Positions 51,082-59,278 of a DNA stretch of 64,000 bases are shown here, piece after piece. Position numbers and translations under genes: made by a program. The notes below the pieces were generated by a model, which was not told where the DNA came from, ran no database searches, and worked only from the letters and a program-made list of their open reading frames with translations. Numbering within the stretch: the stretch's first letter is position 1; every line of letters starts with the position of its first letter. This DNA comes from Acidimicrobiales bacterium (lineage in GTDB: Bacteria; Actinomycetota; Acidimicrobiia; Acidimicrobiales; VFJN01), in assembly GCA_045807565.1 (NCBI GenBank), contig JBJMHD010000146.1, forward strand, positions 3,085 to 67,084, written 5' to 3'.

Positions 51082-52323
51082 TCAGGCGCGGCGCTTGTGC
51101 ACGACGCCGTCCTTCATCACGAACGGGACGCGCTGGAAGGTGGTGACGTCGGCGAGGGGGTCGCCCGTCACCCCGATGATGTCGGCGAGCATCTCCGGGG
51201 CGATCCGGCCGAGCTCGGGCCGATCGATGAGGTCGGCCGCCACCGTGGTCGCCGCCCGGATCGCCTGGATGGGGGTCATGCCCCGCTGCACGAGGACCTC
51301 GAGCTCCTCGGCGTTGCGGCCGTGCCAGATGGCGGGAGCATCGGTGCCGAGAGCGATCTTCACCCCCGCCTCGATGGCCTTGGCGAGCGACTCCTTGGCC
51401 TTCGGGAAGACCTCGGCCGCCTTGGCCTGGAGCGATCGGGGCTGGTTGGACATGTCCCAGTTCTCGGTGAGCGCGCAGGTCGACACGAGGAACGTGTCGG
51501 TGTCCACGAGCCGCCGGATCGTGTCGTCGGTGATCATCATCCCGTGCTCGATGCAGTCGATGCCGGCGTCCAGAGCGGCGTTGACGGCGGTGTCGCCGTG
51601 GCAGTGCGTGGCGACCCGGAGGCCGCGACGATGCGCCTCGTCCGCGATCGCCGCCAGCTCCTCGGTGGAGTACTGCTGGGCGCCGGGCGGGCCCGTCGGC
51701 GTCATCACGCCGCCTGACGCGCAGCACTTGATCAGCTGCGCGCCGTGGGTGATCTGGTAGCGGACGGCCTTGCGCACCTCGTCGATGCCGTCGGCGATCC
51801 CCTCCTCGACGGTCATCGGCATGATCCCCGGCGCGAGGCCGCTCTGGGCGCTGGGGTCGAGGTGACCGCCCGTGGGGCAGATGGCATGGCCGGCCGGGAT
51901 CACGCGCGGGCCCACGACCCACCCGGCGTCGATGGCCTCGGCGAGGGCGACGTCCACCAGGTAGCCGCCCGTCTTGATGAACAGGCCGAGGTTCCTGACG
52001 GTGGTGAAGCCCGCCCGGAGGGTGCGCTGCCCGTTGGCGACGGCACGGAGCCCCATCTTCACGGGGTCGAGGCGGACCGGGTCCGTGAGGCCGGCGCCGG
52101 GACCCCCGAGCACGAGGTCCACCTCCATGTCCATGAGCCCGGGGACGAGGATCAGGTCGGGCAGGTGGATGACCTCGTCGGCGCCGTCGGAGGCTCCGGG
52201 CTCGTCGGTCACCGCAGTGACCCGGTTCCCCTCGACCACCACGGTGGCGCCGTCGAGGACCTCACCTCGTTCGACGTCGAGGACGCCCTTGGCGCGCAGC
52301 ACGGTGACGGTGGCTTCGGACAT
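51082..52323 (-). CDS. amidohydrolase-superfamily protein with substituted HxH motif
   Basis: K (IKCCASGG), HCH, IEHG and GTDA positions are present. The usual GLxDxHxH strand reads PGLMDMEVD. Confidence 0.7.
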   Translation of the reverse strand: MSEATVTVLRAKGVLDVERGEVLDGATVVVEGNRVTAVTDEPGASDGADEVIHLPDLILVPGLMDMEVDLVLGGPGAGLTDPVRLDPVKMGLRAVANGQRTLRAGFTTVRNLGLFIKTGGYLVDVALAEAIDAGWVVGPRVIPAGHAICPTGGHLDPSAQSGLAPGIMPMTVEEGIADGIDEVRKAVRYQITHGAQLIKCCASGGVMTPTGPPGAQQYSTEELAAIADEAHRRGLRVATHCHGDTAVNAALDAGIDCIEHGMMITDDTIRRLVDTDTFLVSTCALTENWDMSNQPRSLQAKAAEVFPKAKESLAKAIEAGVKIALGTDAPAIWHGRNAEELEVLVQRGMTPIQAIRAATTVAADLIDRPELGRIAPEMLADIIGVTGDPLADVTTFQRVPFVMKDGVVHKRRA

Positions 52324-52346
52324 GGTGCGGCTTCGTCCTCTCTGAC

Positions 52347-53129
52347 CTAGCGGTCCCCGGCACCCTTGGCCGAGATCTCGTCGAGCTTGATGGGTGGCGG
52401 TCCGGCGGTGGTGCCTCCGTCGACCGGGAGCACGGTGCCGGTGACCTGCGCCGACCGGTCGCTGGCCAGGTACACGGCAGCGTTGGCGACATCGCGCGTG
52501 CTGCCGAGGCGCTGGAGGGGTTGGAGCCGCCGCACGATCGACGCCGTGTCGAAGGAGGCGTTGATGTCGGTGGAGATGTTCCCGGGGGCGATGACGTTCA
52601 CGCGCACCCCGAGCTCAGCCACCTCCACGGCCGCGCAGCGGCTGAAGTGGATCACCGCGGCCTTGGCGGCGCGGTACGAGCTGAACCCGATGCCCGGGCT
52701 GATCCCGCCGATCGAGGTGATGTTGATGATCGACCCACCGTCGCGCATGACGCGCGCGGCGCGCTGCGTGCCCACCATCACGCCGTAGAGGTCCACGGCC
52801 ATCACGCTGTCGAAGTCGCGCAGGTCGTCCTGCATCAGCCGCCGGAACGAGCCGGAGATGCCAGCGTTGTTCACCATCACGTCCACGCCCCCGAAGTGCT
52901 CCTGGGCGTGGTCGATGGCCGCCTGGACGCTGTCGGCGCTCGTGACGTCGGTGTGGTGGAACGTGGCGGCATCGCCCAGCGCCTCCACGACGTCACCGCC
53001 CGCGGGGTCGTCGATGTCGGCGACGACCACCCGGCCGCCCTCCGCCACGAACAGCTCAGCGATGGCCCGCCCGATGCCGTTGGCGGCGCCCGTCACGATC
53101 GCGACCTTGTCGGCCAGCTCGATGCCCAT
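52347..53129 (-). CDS. SDR-family oxidoreductase
   Basis: It has TGAANGIG, NNAG and catalytic YRAAK. Confidence 0.85.
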   Translation of the reverse strand: MGIELADKVAIVTGAANGIGRAIAELFVAEGGRVVVADIDDPAGGDVVEALGDAATFHHTDVTSADSVQAAIDHAQEHFGGVDVMVNNAGISGSFRRLMQDDLRDFDSVMAVDLYGVMVGTQRAARVMRDGGSIINITSIGGISPGIGFSSYRAAKAAVIHFSRCAAVEVAELGVRVNVIAPGNISTDINASFDTASIVRRLQPLQRLGSTRDVANAAVYLASDRSAQVTGTVLPVDGGTTAGPPPIKLDEISAKGAGDR

Positions 53130-53157
53130 GGTTGCTGCCTCCGTCCTCGGTCGTGGC

Positions 53158-53490
53158 CTACGGGCGCGGCTCAGCGACGCGATCGATCACTGCCGCACCC
53201 GTGTCGATCGGGAGCGCCTGCTGCCACACCTCGATGGCGTACGACACGAGGGCGAGGGAGTGGAGGAGCTGCAGCAACCTGGTGGCGTCGGCCGGCAGCG
53301 CGTCGAGGGGGAGCTCGTCGCAGTGCTCGATGGCGGCCTCCGCACGGGGGAAGCAGGCGTCGTAGAAGCGCTGCATCTCGTCGAACGGCGTCGCCAGGCG
53401 CTGAGCCCACCGCTCGGGCTCCGTGGCCAGGCACCACGCCTCGGCAAAGGGCTCGAGGTCGGCGAACTCAGAGGGCAGCAGCTGGGTCAC
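53158..53490 (-). CDS. small helical protein of unknown function, partner of Rieske oxygenase (copy 2)
   Basis: The GTG at 53490 overlaps the Rieske stop (GTGA). The ORF is 110 aa and is a paralog of 4874..5200. Confidence 0.6.
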   Translation of the reverse strand: MTQLLPSEFADLEPFAEAWCLATEPERWAQRLATPFDEMQRFYDACFPRAEAAIEHCDELPLDALPADATRLLQLLHSLALVSYAIEVWQQALPIDTGAAVIDRVAEPRP

Positions 53491-54758
53491 CGGACTGCTC
53501 CCGCGGTCGCGGCCTCGTCCCGGTGGTGCTGCACCCAGTCGTTGACGCTCTTGTGGAAGTGGCGGACGAGGATCTCCTGGTCGTTGAGCGGGAAGTCGGC
53601 GAAGGCCCTGGACTCCAACCCGAGCTGCGTGCCGTCGAGGGTGCCGGCGTCCTGGAGGGCGTACTCCTTCACGGTGATCGCGGCGTACTCGCGGGCGAGG
53701 CGTTCGCGTGCCGTCGTCGACGGTGTGAACCAGAGGTCCGCCTCGAAGACGTGGGTGTTGTGGGAGGTCGGCCAGAACCGGTAGGTCAGGTACCAGCCCC
53801 GCTCGTAGACGAGGATCTCCAGGTTCGGGAACACCTGGAAGTTGTCGATCCCCCAGCTCTCCACGCCGCCGGGGTTCACTCCCGCACGAGCCTCGTCGAG
53901 GTCCGCCGCGTCCCACGGGCCCATGTTCCCGCTGCGGAAGAGCGCCTCGCTCGGGTAGAGGTGCTCGCGGGGGAAGCGGTGCTTGTGCGAGCCGCTCGTG
54001 CTCACCACGCGGTGCGGGCCGTCGAGCTGGTAGTGCGCTGCCTCGAACTCGGCCTCCGGGTTTCGGTAGCTCGGTCCGAGCTGGTGCGTGTGCAGCGGGG
54101 GCACGTGGTAGTACTCCTGGAAGGCGTCGATGAACACCTTCCAGTTGCTGCGGTTGGCCGCCCGGAAGGAGTACCGCTCCGTCATCTGGTCGAAGGGGTA
54201 CGCCTCCAGGGCGCCGACCATGGGTCCCAGGTACTCGCGCAGCGTCTGGCTCGGACGGTCGGCGAGGTTCACGAAGATGAAGCCGGCCCACACCTCGCAG
54301 TGCACACCCGCCAGCCCCAGCGTCTCCTTCTCGATGTCGAAGAACTCGCGCTCCTGGTGGACGTAGGTGCACGCGCCGTCCAGGCCGTAGCGCCAACCGT
54401 GGTACTTGCAGACGAGCTGGCGTCCGGAGCCAGCGACGTCGTCCCGCGGCGACCCGATCCACACGAGCTTGTTGCCCCGATGGCGGCACACGTTGTGGAA
54501 GGCGCGCACCTCGTCATCCATGCCGCGGGTCACGAGCAGGGAGGTGCGAGCGGCGTGCAGGTCCTTGGTGAAGAAGGTCCCCTTGCGCGGCAGGTCATCG
54601 ATGCGTCCCACGTTCAGCCACGCCTGCCGGAAGATCGCGTCCCGTTCGAGCTCGTAGAAGGCGGGTGACACGGAGTCCTCGAAGGCCACGAAGCCGGTGC
54701 CCAGCTCAGGGTGGTGCTGGGTCCAGGTGCCCTCGGCCGGCCGGGGGAAGCCGGTCAT
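53487..54758 (-). CDS. Rieske [2Fe-2S] non-heme iron oxygenase, alpha subunit (copy 3, paralog of copy 1)
   Basis: The ATG is at 54758. The Rieske motif is CRHRG...CKYHGW, with an iron motif EYYHVPPLH. It is collinear with 3570..4862 along its whole length. Confidence 0.85.
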   Translation of the reverse strand: MTGFPRPAEGTWTQHHPELGTGFVAFEDSVSPAFYELERDAIFRQAWLNVGRIDDLPRKGTFFTKDLHAARTSLLVTRGMDDEVRAFHNVCRHRGNKLVWIGSPRDDVAGSGRQLVCKYHGWRYGLDGACTYVHQEREFFDIEKETLGLAGVHCEVWAGFIFVNLADRPSQTLREYLGPMVGALEAYPFDQMTERYSFRAANRSNWKVFIDAFQEYYHVPPLHTHQLGPSYRNPEAEFEAAHYQLDGPHRVVSTSGSHKHRFPREHLYPSEALFRSGNMGPWDAADLDEARAGVNPGGVESWGIDNFQVFPNLEILVYERGWYLTYRFWPTSHNTHVFEADLWFTPSTTARERLAREYAAITVKEYALQDAGTLDGTQLGLESRAFADFPLNDQEILVRHFHKSVNDWVQHHRDEAATAGAVR

Positions 54759-54900
54759 CGTCCCCGATACCTCGCGCTCATCGAGCGATCTAAGCAGACT
54801 CCGCCGCCTCGACCGCTCCCCCCGGACCCCGCCGACGCTCGAACGGATTCCTCGGCAGGACCCGTCTGCGCGCCGGCCCGCATGGGTAGGCGGGGTCGCC

Positions 54901-55968
54901 ATGGACGCGATCACGCTGCTGAAGAACGACCACAAGACCGTCGAAGCGCTCTTCAAGCGCTTCGAGCGCGCCGGCGACGGCGCCCACGCCGAGAAGCGTG
55001 AGGTCGTCGACAAGATCATCGAGGAGCTGGCGATCCACGCCGCCGTCGAGGAGCAGCTCTTCTACCCCGTGACGCGTGCCACCGTGCCCGAGACCGAGGA
55101 CATCGCCCTGGAGAGCCTCGAGGAGCACCACATCGTGAAGTGGGTGCTCTCGGAGCTCGACGGGATGGACCCGAGCGACGAGCGCTTCGACGCCAAGGTC
55201 ACCGTGCTCATGGAGAACGTTCGCCACCACGTGGAGGAGGAGGAGGACGACTACTTCCCCAAGGTCCGGGACGAGCTCGGCCGCAACGCCCTCAACGACC
55301 TCGGCGACGCCATGGAAGCCGCCAAGCGCGTGGCTCCGACCCATCCGCACCCGCGCTCGCCGGACGCGCCTCCGGGGAACCTCGTCGTCGGCACCGCCGC
55401 CGGGGTCGTCGATCGCGTGGGCGACACGATGGCGGGGGCCGCCCAAGGTGGCGCCTACGCCATCGGCGACCTGATCGCCACGGTCCTCCGCCGGAAGAAG
55501 CCCACGTCCTCGCCGCGGGGCAGCTCGACGGCACGGTCGACCGCCACCAAGGTGCGCGACAAGGCCGCCCAAGCGACCGACGCGCTGATCGAGGCTGCCA
55601 CCGACGCCAAGGAGTCGACGACGGCGCGCACCACCAAGGCACGTCGGGCGGGCAAGACCACGGCGCGATCGGCGTCGCGTGGCGCCACGAAGACGGCGAA
55701 GGCCGCCCGGTCAGGCGCCAAGGCCACCGCCACGTCGGCGCGGAAGGGTGCGAAGCGCGTGGCCACCACCGCGAAGCGCTCCGCGAGCGGTGCCCGCAAG
55801 GGCACGACCTCCGCACGGTCCGCCAGCAAGGCGACGGCGACGTCGACGCGGAAGGCGGCAAAGCGCACGCGCAGCACCGCCAAGCGCGCTGCCACCAGCA
55901 CCGGCCGCACCGCACGCAAGGCGACCCGCTCGGCGAAGTCCACCGCCAAGCGGGCGACGAGCCGGTGA
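54901..55968 (+). CDS. hemerythrin (HHE cation-binding) domain protein with long basic low-complexity tail
   Basis: It has NDHKTVEALF, HAAVEEQLFYP, EEHHIVKW and VRHHVEEEEDDYFP His/Glu ligand blocks. The last ~155 aa are almost only K/R/A/T/S/G. Confidence 0.75.
   Translation: MDAITLLKNDHKTVEALFKRFERAGDGAHAEKREVVDKIIEELAIHAAVEEQLFYPVTRATVPETEDIALESLEEHHIVKWVLSELDGMDPSDERFDAKVTVLMENVRHHVEEEEDDYFPKVRDELGRNALNDLGDAMEAAKRVAPTHPHPRSPDAPPGNLVVGTAAGVVDRVGDTMAGAAQGGAYAIGDLIATVLRRKKPTSSPRGSSTARSTATKVRDKAAQATDALIEAATDAKESTTARTTKARRAGKTTARSASRGATKTAKAARSGAKATATSARKGAKRVATTAKRSASGARKGTTSARSASKATATSTRKAAKRTRSTAKRAATSTGRTARKATRSAKSTAKRATSR
55498..55965 (+). repeat. coding low-complexity region: degenerate (S/T)A(K/R)(K/R)xA-type basic repeats
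   Basis: The translation reads ...TARSASRGATKTAKAARSGAKATATSARKGAKRVATTAKRSASGARKG...STAKRATSR. The other frames on both strands also stay open here (55140..56093 +, 55679..56176 +, 55292..56377 -, 55455..56144 -, 55711..56097 -). Confidence 0.6.
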
Positions 55969-56153
55969 CCGAACCGACCGAGCCCGCGGCCGACCCCACC
56001 GACGCCGACCCGGTGCCACCGCCGCCGATCGAACAGAACCCGTCGGCAACAGGGCTCGTCGTCGACGACGACGAGGGGCAGCAGGACGACTGAGCACCGC
56101 GCCCTTGGCGTGGAGGCAACCGCCGCCGGACTCGGCGAGGGCAACGCGACCGC

Positions 56154-57068
56154 TCAGGCGGCTGCCAGCTCCCTGAGGAGCGCCCGGGTCCGGTGGCGCG
56201 ACGCAGAGCGGTCATCGCCCACCGGGAAGGGCGCGGCCCACAGGTCGGTTGCGCCCGCCTCGAACAGCGCTTCGATCTGCGCGGTGACCGCCCCCTCGTC
56301 ACCCACGATCGCGGCATCGCCAGGACCCCGGGCGTCGCCGAGGTCGAGGATGCGGCGGTAGTTCGGCAGCGTTCCATAGCCGGCGAACATCTCGGCGGCG
56401 GTCGCGTGGGCTTGGGCGACGTCGTCGTGCACGGCGACGGGGAGGCCGGCGACGATGCGCGGTGCGGGACGTCCGACGGCGGCCGCGGCGGCCCGGATGC
56501 GGGGCGCCACGTGCGTCTCGATGGACCGGGCGTTGGCCATCCAGAGGATCGTCCCGTCGGTCAGCTCCCCTGCCACCCGCAGCATCCTCGGCGCCAGGGC
56601 CGACAGCATCACCCGGACCGGCTGCGGCAGGGGCGCGGGAGTCGGGACGTTGACCCGGAAGTGCGTGCCGCGGTGGTCGACCCCCTCCCCGCGGAGAAGG
56701 GAGGCGAGCACGCTCACGTACTCCTCCGTGTGCGCACCCACCTGGTCGTAGGAGAGGCCGTAGGCACCCTCGATGGCTGGCTGGTGCGACGGTCCGACGC
56801 CGAGGGTCAGACCGGGTCGCCCCATCGCCGCAGCGGTCGATGCCGCTCGGTTGGCCTGGAGGACCGGGTGGCAGGTGTAGGTCTGGAGCACGGAGGTGCC
56901 GAGCTCGATCGCGCTCGTCGCCCGTCCCGCCAGGGCCATGGCGACCAAGGGGTCGCCGAACACCGCGCTGGCGTACCACAGGCTCGAGAACCCGTCCGCC
57001 TCGGCGTCCACGGCCTGCTGGATGATGCGGTCAGCGGTCGAGCCGCCGCCTGTGATCCCGATGCGCAT
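56154..57068 (-). CDS. LLM-class oxidoreductase, probably F420-dependent subtype
   Basis: The MRIGITGGG N-terminus and the GVGPSHQPAIEGAYG segment resemble the F420-dependent LLM subgroup. Cofactor specificity is inferred only. Confidence 0.7.
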   Translation of the reverse strand: MRIGITGGGSTADRIIQQAVDAEADGFSSLWYASAVFGDPLVAMALAGRATSAIELGTSVLQTYTCHPVLQANRAASTAAAMGRPGLTLGVGPSHQPAIEGAYGLSYDQVGAHTEEYVSVLASLLRGEGVDHRGTHFRVNVPTPAPLPQPVRVMLSALAPRMLRVAGELTDGTILWMANARSIETHVAPRIRAAAAAVGRPAPRIVAGLPVAVHDDVAQAHATAAEMFAGYGTLPNYRRILDLGDARGPGDAAIVGDEGAVTAQIEALFEAGATDLWAAPFPVGDDRSASRHRTRALLRELAAA

Positions 57069-57279
57069 GCCCAGAACCTAGGCAGGGAGCCGACCGCCGT
57101 CCGGCGGCGTGGCCCCACCGAGAGGTGTGACCGCGGCCGTGGAGGCGACGGTGGTCCGCACCCAACGAAGGCGCTCTGCCGGTCGGATTAGGGTCGGCGC
57201 CGACATCGAGGCGACGCGAGCGCGAAGGGTCGGCTTCCCACCCGAACGAGGACCGCGGCGCAGCTGGGGAAGGGTTCAC

Positions 57280-58248
57280 GTGTCCGGATCACGAGACGAG
57301 ACCGATCGCGGCGACGTTCGTGCTCTCACCGAGGCGTTGCAGGAGAACACCCGTCGCCTCCTGGAGCTCGAGGCGCTGGCCCGGGTGGGTAGCTGGGAGT
57401 GGGATGTCGCCGCCGATGTGGTCGCCTGGTCGGACGAGATGTACCGGATCTTCGGGGTGAAGCAGGACCAGTTCGACGCGACCTTCGCCGCGTACCTGTC
57501 GTGCCTGCACCCCGAAGACCGGGCGTTGGCGCGCGAGACGGTGGAGCGGTCGTTGCGGACCGGCGATCCGTACGTCGCCGACTATCGGATCGTGTGGCCA
57601 GACGGCGAGGAGCGCTGGCTGCACTGCCGAGGTCGGGCGATCGTCGGCGCCGCCGGTCGCGTGTCCCGGCTGCTGGGGACGAGCCAGGACATCACGGAGC
57701 GCAAGGAGCTCGAGGAACGGCTCGCGCACCAGGCGTTGCACGATCCCCTGACCGGTCTTCCCAACCGGTCGCTCTTGCAGGACCGGCTGAGCCATGCGAT
57801 GCAGCGCACGTTGCGGACGCAGCGCCACACCGCGGTGTTCTTCGTCGACCTCGACCGGTTCAAGCGCATCAACGACGGCGCCGGTCACGCCACCGGCGAC
57901 CACGTGCTGCACACCATCGCCGGGCGGCTCCGCGAAGCCATGCGCGAGTACGACACGGTCGCCCGGTACGGCGGCGACGAGTTCGTCGTCATCGCCGAGG
58001 ATCTCTCCTGGCCCGTCGAGGCCGTCGACGTCGCCGATCGCATCGTTCGGACCATCGAGCTCCCGATCGGCCATGGGAGCGGCGAGCTGGTGCTGACGGC
58101 CAGCGTCGGTGCCACGGTCGTCGCCGGACGAGCTGGCCCTGCCGAGGTCCTTCGTGACGCCGACATCGCGATGTACCAATCGAAGCACCGTGGCGGCGCG
58201 ACGGTCACCTGGACCGAGAACCCGGCACCGGGCCGATCGACCACCTGA
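57280..58248 (+). CDS. PAS-GGDEF diguanylate cyclase
   Basis: GTG start after a GGGGAAGGG SD. The PAS core is GSWEWDV...YRIVWPDGEERWLHCRG. It has an intact GGDEF (ARYGGDEFVV) and DLDRFKRIND. Confidence 0.85.
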   Translation: MSGSRDETDRGDVRALTEALQENTRRLLELEALARVGSWEWDVAADVVAWSDEMYRIFGVKQDQFDATFAAYLSCLHPEDRALARETVERSLRTGDPYVADYRIVWPDGEERWLHCRGRAIVGAAGRVSRLLGTSQDITERKELEERLAHQALHDPLTGLPNRSLLQDRLSHAMQRTLRTQRHTAVFFVDLDRFKRINDGAGHATGDHVLHTIAGRLREAMREYDTVARYGGDEFVVIAEDLSWPVEAVDVADRIVRTIELPIGHGSGELVLTASVGATVVAGRAGPAEVLRDADIAMYQSKHRGGATVTWTENPAPGRSTT

Positions 58249-58480
58249 ACCGGGTCGCTGAGCGACGACCGCACCGCATCATCCGGGCGAGCGCTCGGTC
58301 GATGTCTTCGCCTCTCGCCGCGATCGGCCGATGTGCGCCGCGGTCCCCAGCGTCCTCCGATCACATCGCCTCAATGACCGCCGCGGTCCTGCCGATGTGG
58401 GCGAGTAGACGATTCCCAGGGGTGGTGCCTGGGGTCTCCGGCCCACCGAGGACGCCGGGGCTCCGCCCGGAAGGCCGGCC

Positions 58481-59254
58481 ATGGACCAACCTCCGCAGGT
58501 GCGCGTCGTGCTGTGCGACGACGACGTCTTCATGCTCGACCTCGTCGAGGCTGCCGTGATGGCCGCGGGCCACCAGGTCGTGGGCATCGCGGACACGACC
58601 TCGGACGCCGTGCGGTTGATCGAGGCCGCTCGGCCCGACGTGGTGATCCTGGATCTGTCCCTCGGCTACAACACGGACTTCGACATCGTCGCGACCTCGA
58701 TCTCCGTCGGCGCGCAGGCGATCGTGTTCTCACACAACGCCGACGCCGAGGTCCTCGACCGCTACGACCCGAAGCCCCTCGTCGTGCCGAAGCCCGACCT
58801 GACCGCCCTCGAGCAGGTCCTCGGGAGGCTGCGACCTCGCGCGGGAACCCAGCCTGTGGTGCGCGATCGCCGCCGGCGCAGCCGGGTCGCCGCCGGAGCG
58901 CCTCCGACCGGGCTGGAGGACGCCAGGGCCTTCTTCGAAGCGGTCAACGCCGCCGAGCCGGGCGACGCCCTCGTGGCGATCATCGAGACCGACGAGTCCC
59001 GGCCGATCGAGCTCGACCGCCTGCAGGTCACGCGAGAGACCGACCGGATCCTCGTGTCACGAGGCGCGACCCGATACTTCCTCCCGGGTGCCGGATCCGA
59101 CGGCGCCGAGGCCGTGCTCGCACGGCTCGCCGACGCTCGACCGCTGCCAACCGACGTCCGGGTGACCGTGGTCGTCGTGGGCGACGACGAGCAGGGCGGC
59201 GACGCCTTCGAACGACTCAAGGACGGCGACCGCCAGCCCACCCCCCCGCCCTGA
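58481..59254 (+). CDS. orphan response-regulator receiver protein with unrecognised C-terminal domain
   Basis: The REC signature has the acidic pair LCDDD, a phospho-acceptor in VVILDLSLG and a conserved VPKP. The C-terminal ~135 aa has no clear family. Confidence 0.7.
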   Translation: MDQPPQVRVVLCDDDVFMLDLVEAAVMAAGHQVVGIADTTSDAVRLIEAARPDVVILDLSLGYNTDFDIVATSISVGAQAIVFSHNADAEVLDRYDPKPLVVPKPDLTALEQVLGRLRPRAGTQPVVRDRRRRSRVAAGAPPTGLEDARAFFEAVNAAEPGDALVAIIETDESRPIELDRLQVTRETDRILVSRGATRYFLPGAGSDGAEAVLARLADARPLPTDVRVTVVVVGDDEQGGDAFERLKDGDRQPTPPP

Positions 59255-59278
59255 GCGCCGGGGGGGATCGGCAGCTCG

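Noticed and set aside
55140-56377. Several 130-360-aa ORFs in other frames on both strands across the hemerythrin tail (55140..56093 +, 55679..56176 +, 55292..56377 -, 55455..56144 -, 55711..56097 -).
   Set aside because: They are artefacts of the repetitive GC-rich codon pattern of the basic tail and of the LLM gene on the opposite strand. Their translations are Arg/Pro/Ala homopolymer-like.
57069-57279. Riboswitch or leader element in the 211-nt gap upstream of the PAS-GGDEF gene.
   Set aside because: I could not recognise any conserved riboswitch core, and no convincing stem-loop series was seen. It would need covariance-model scanning.
58415-58433. Hairpin CCCAGG-GGTGGTG-CCTGGG as an intrinsic terminator after the GGDEF gene.
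   Set aside because: The stem is short, it has no downstream T-tract, and it lies 165 nt past the stop. The evidence is insufficient.
58302-58559. 85-aa ORF in the gap upstream of the receiver gene.
   Set aside because: It is Pro/Arg/Ser/Cys-rich, has no SD and no motif, overlaps the well-supported REC start, and its third-codon positions are not G/C-biased.
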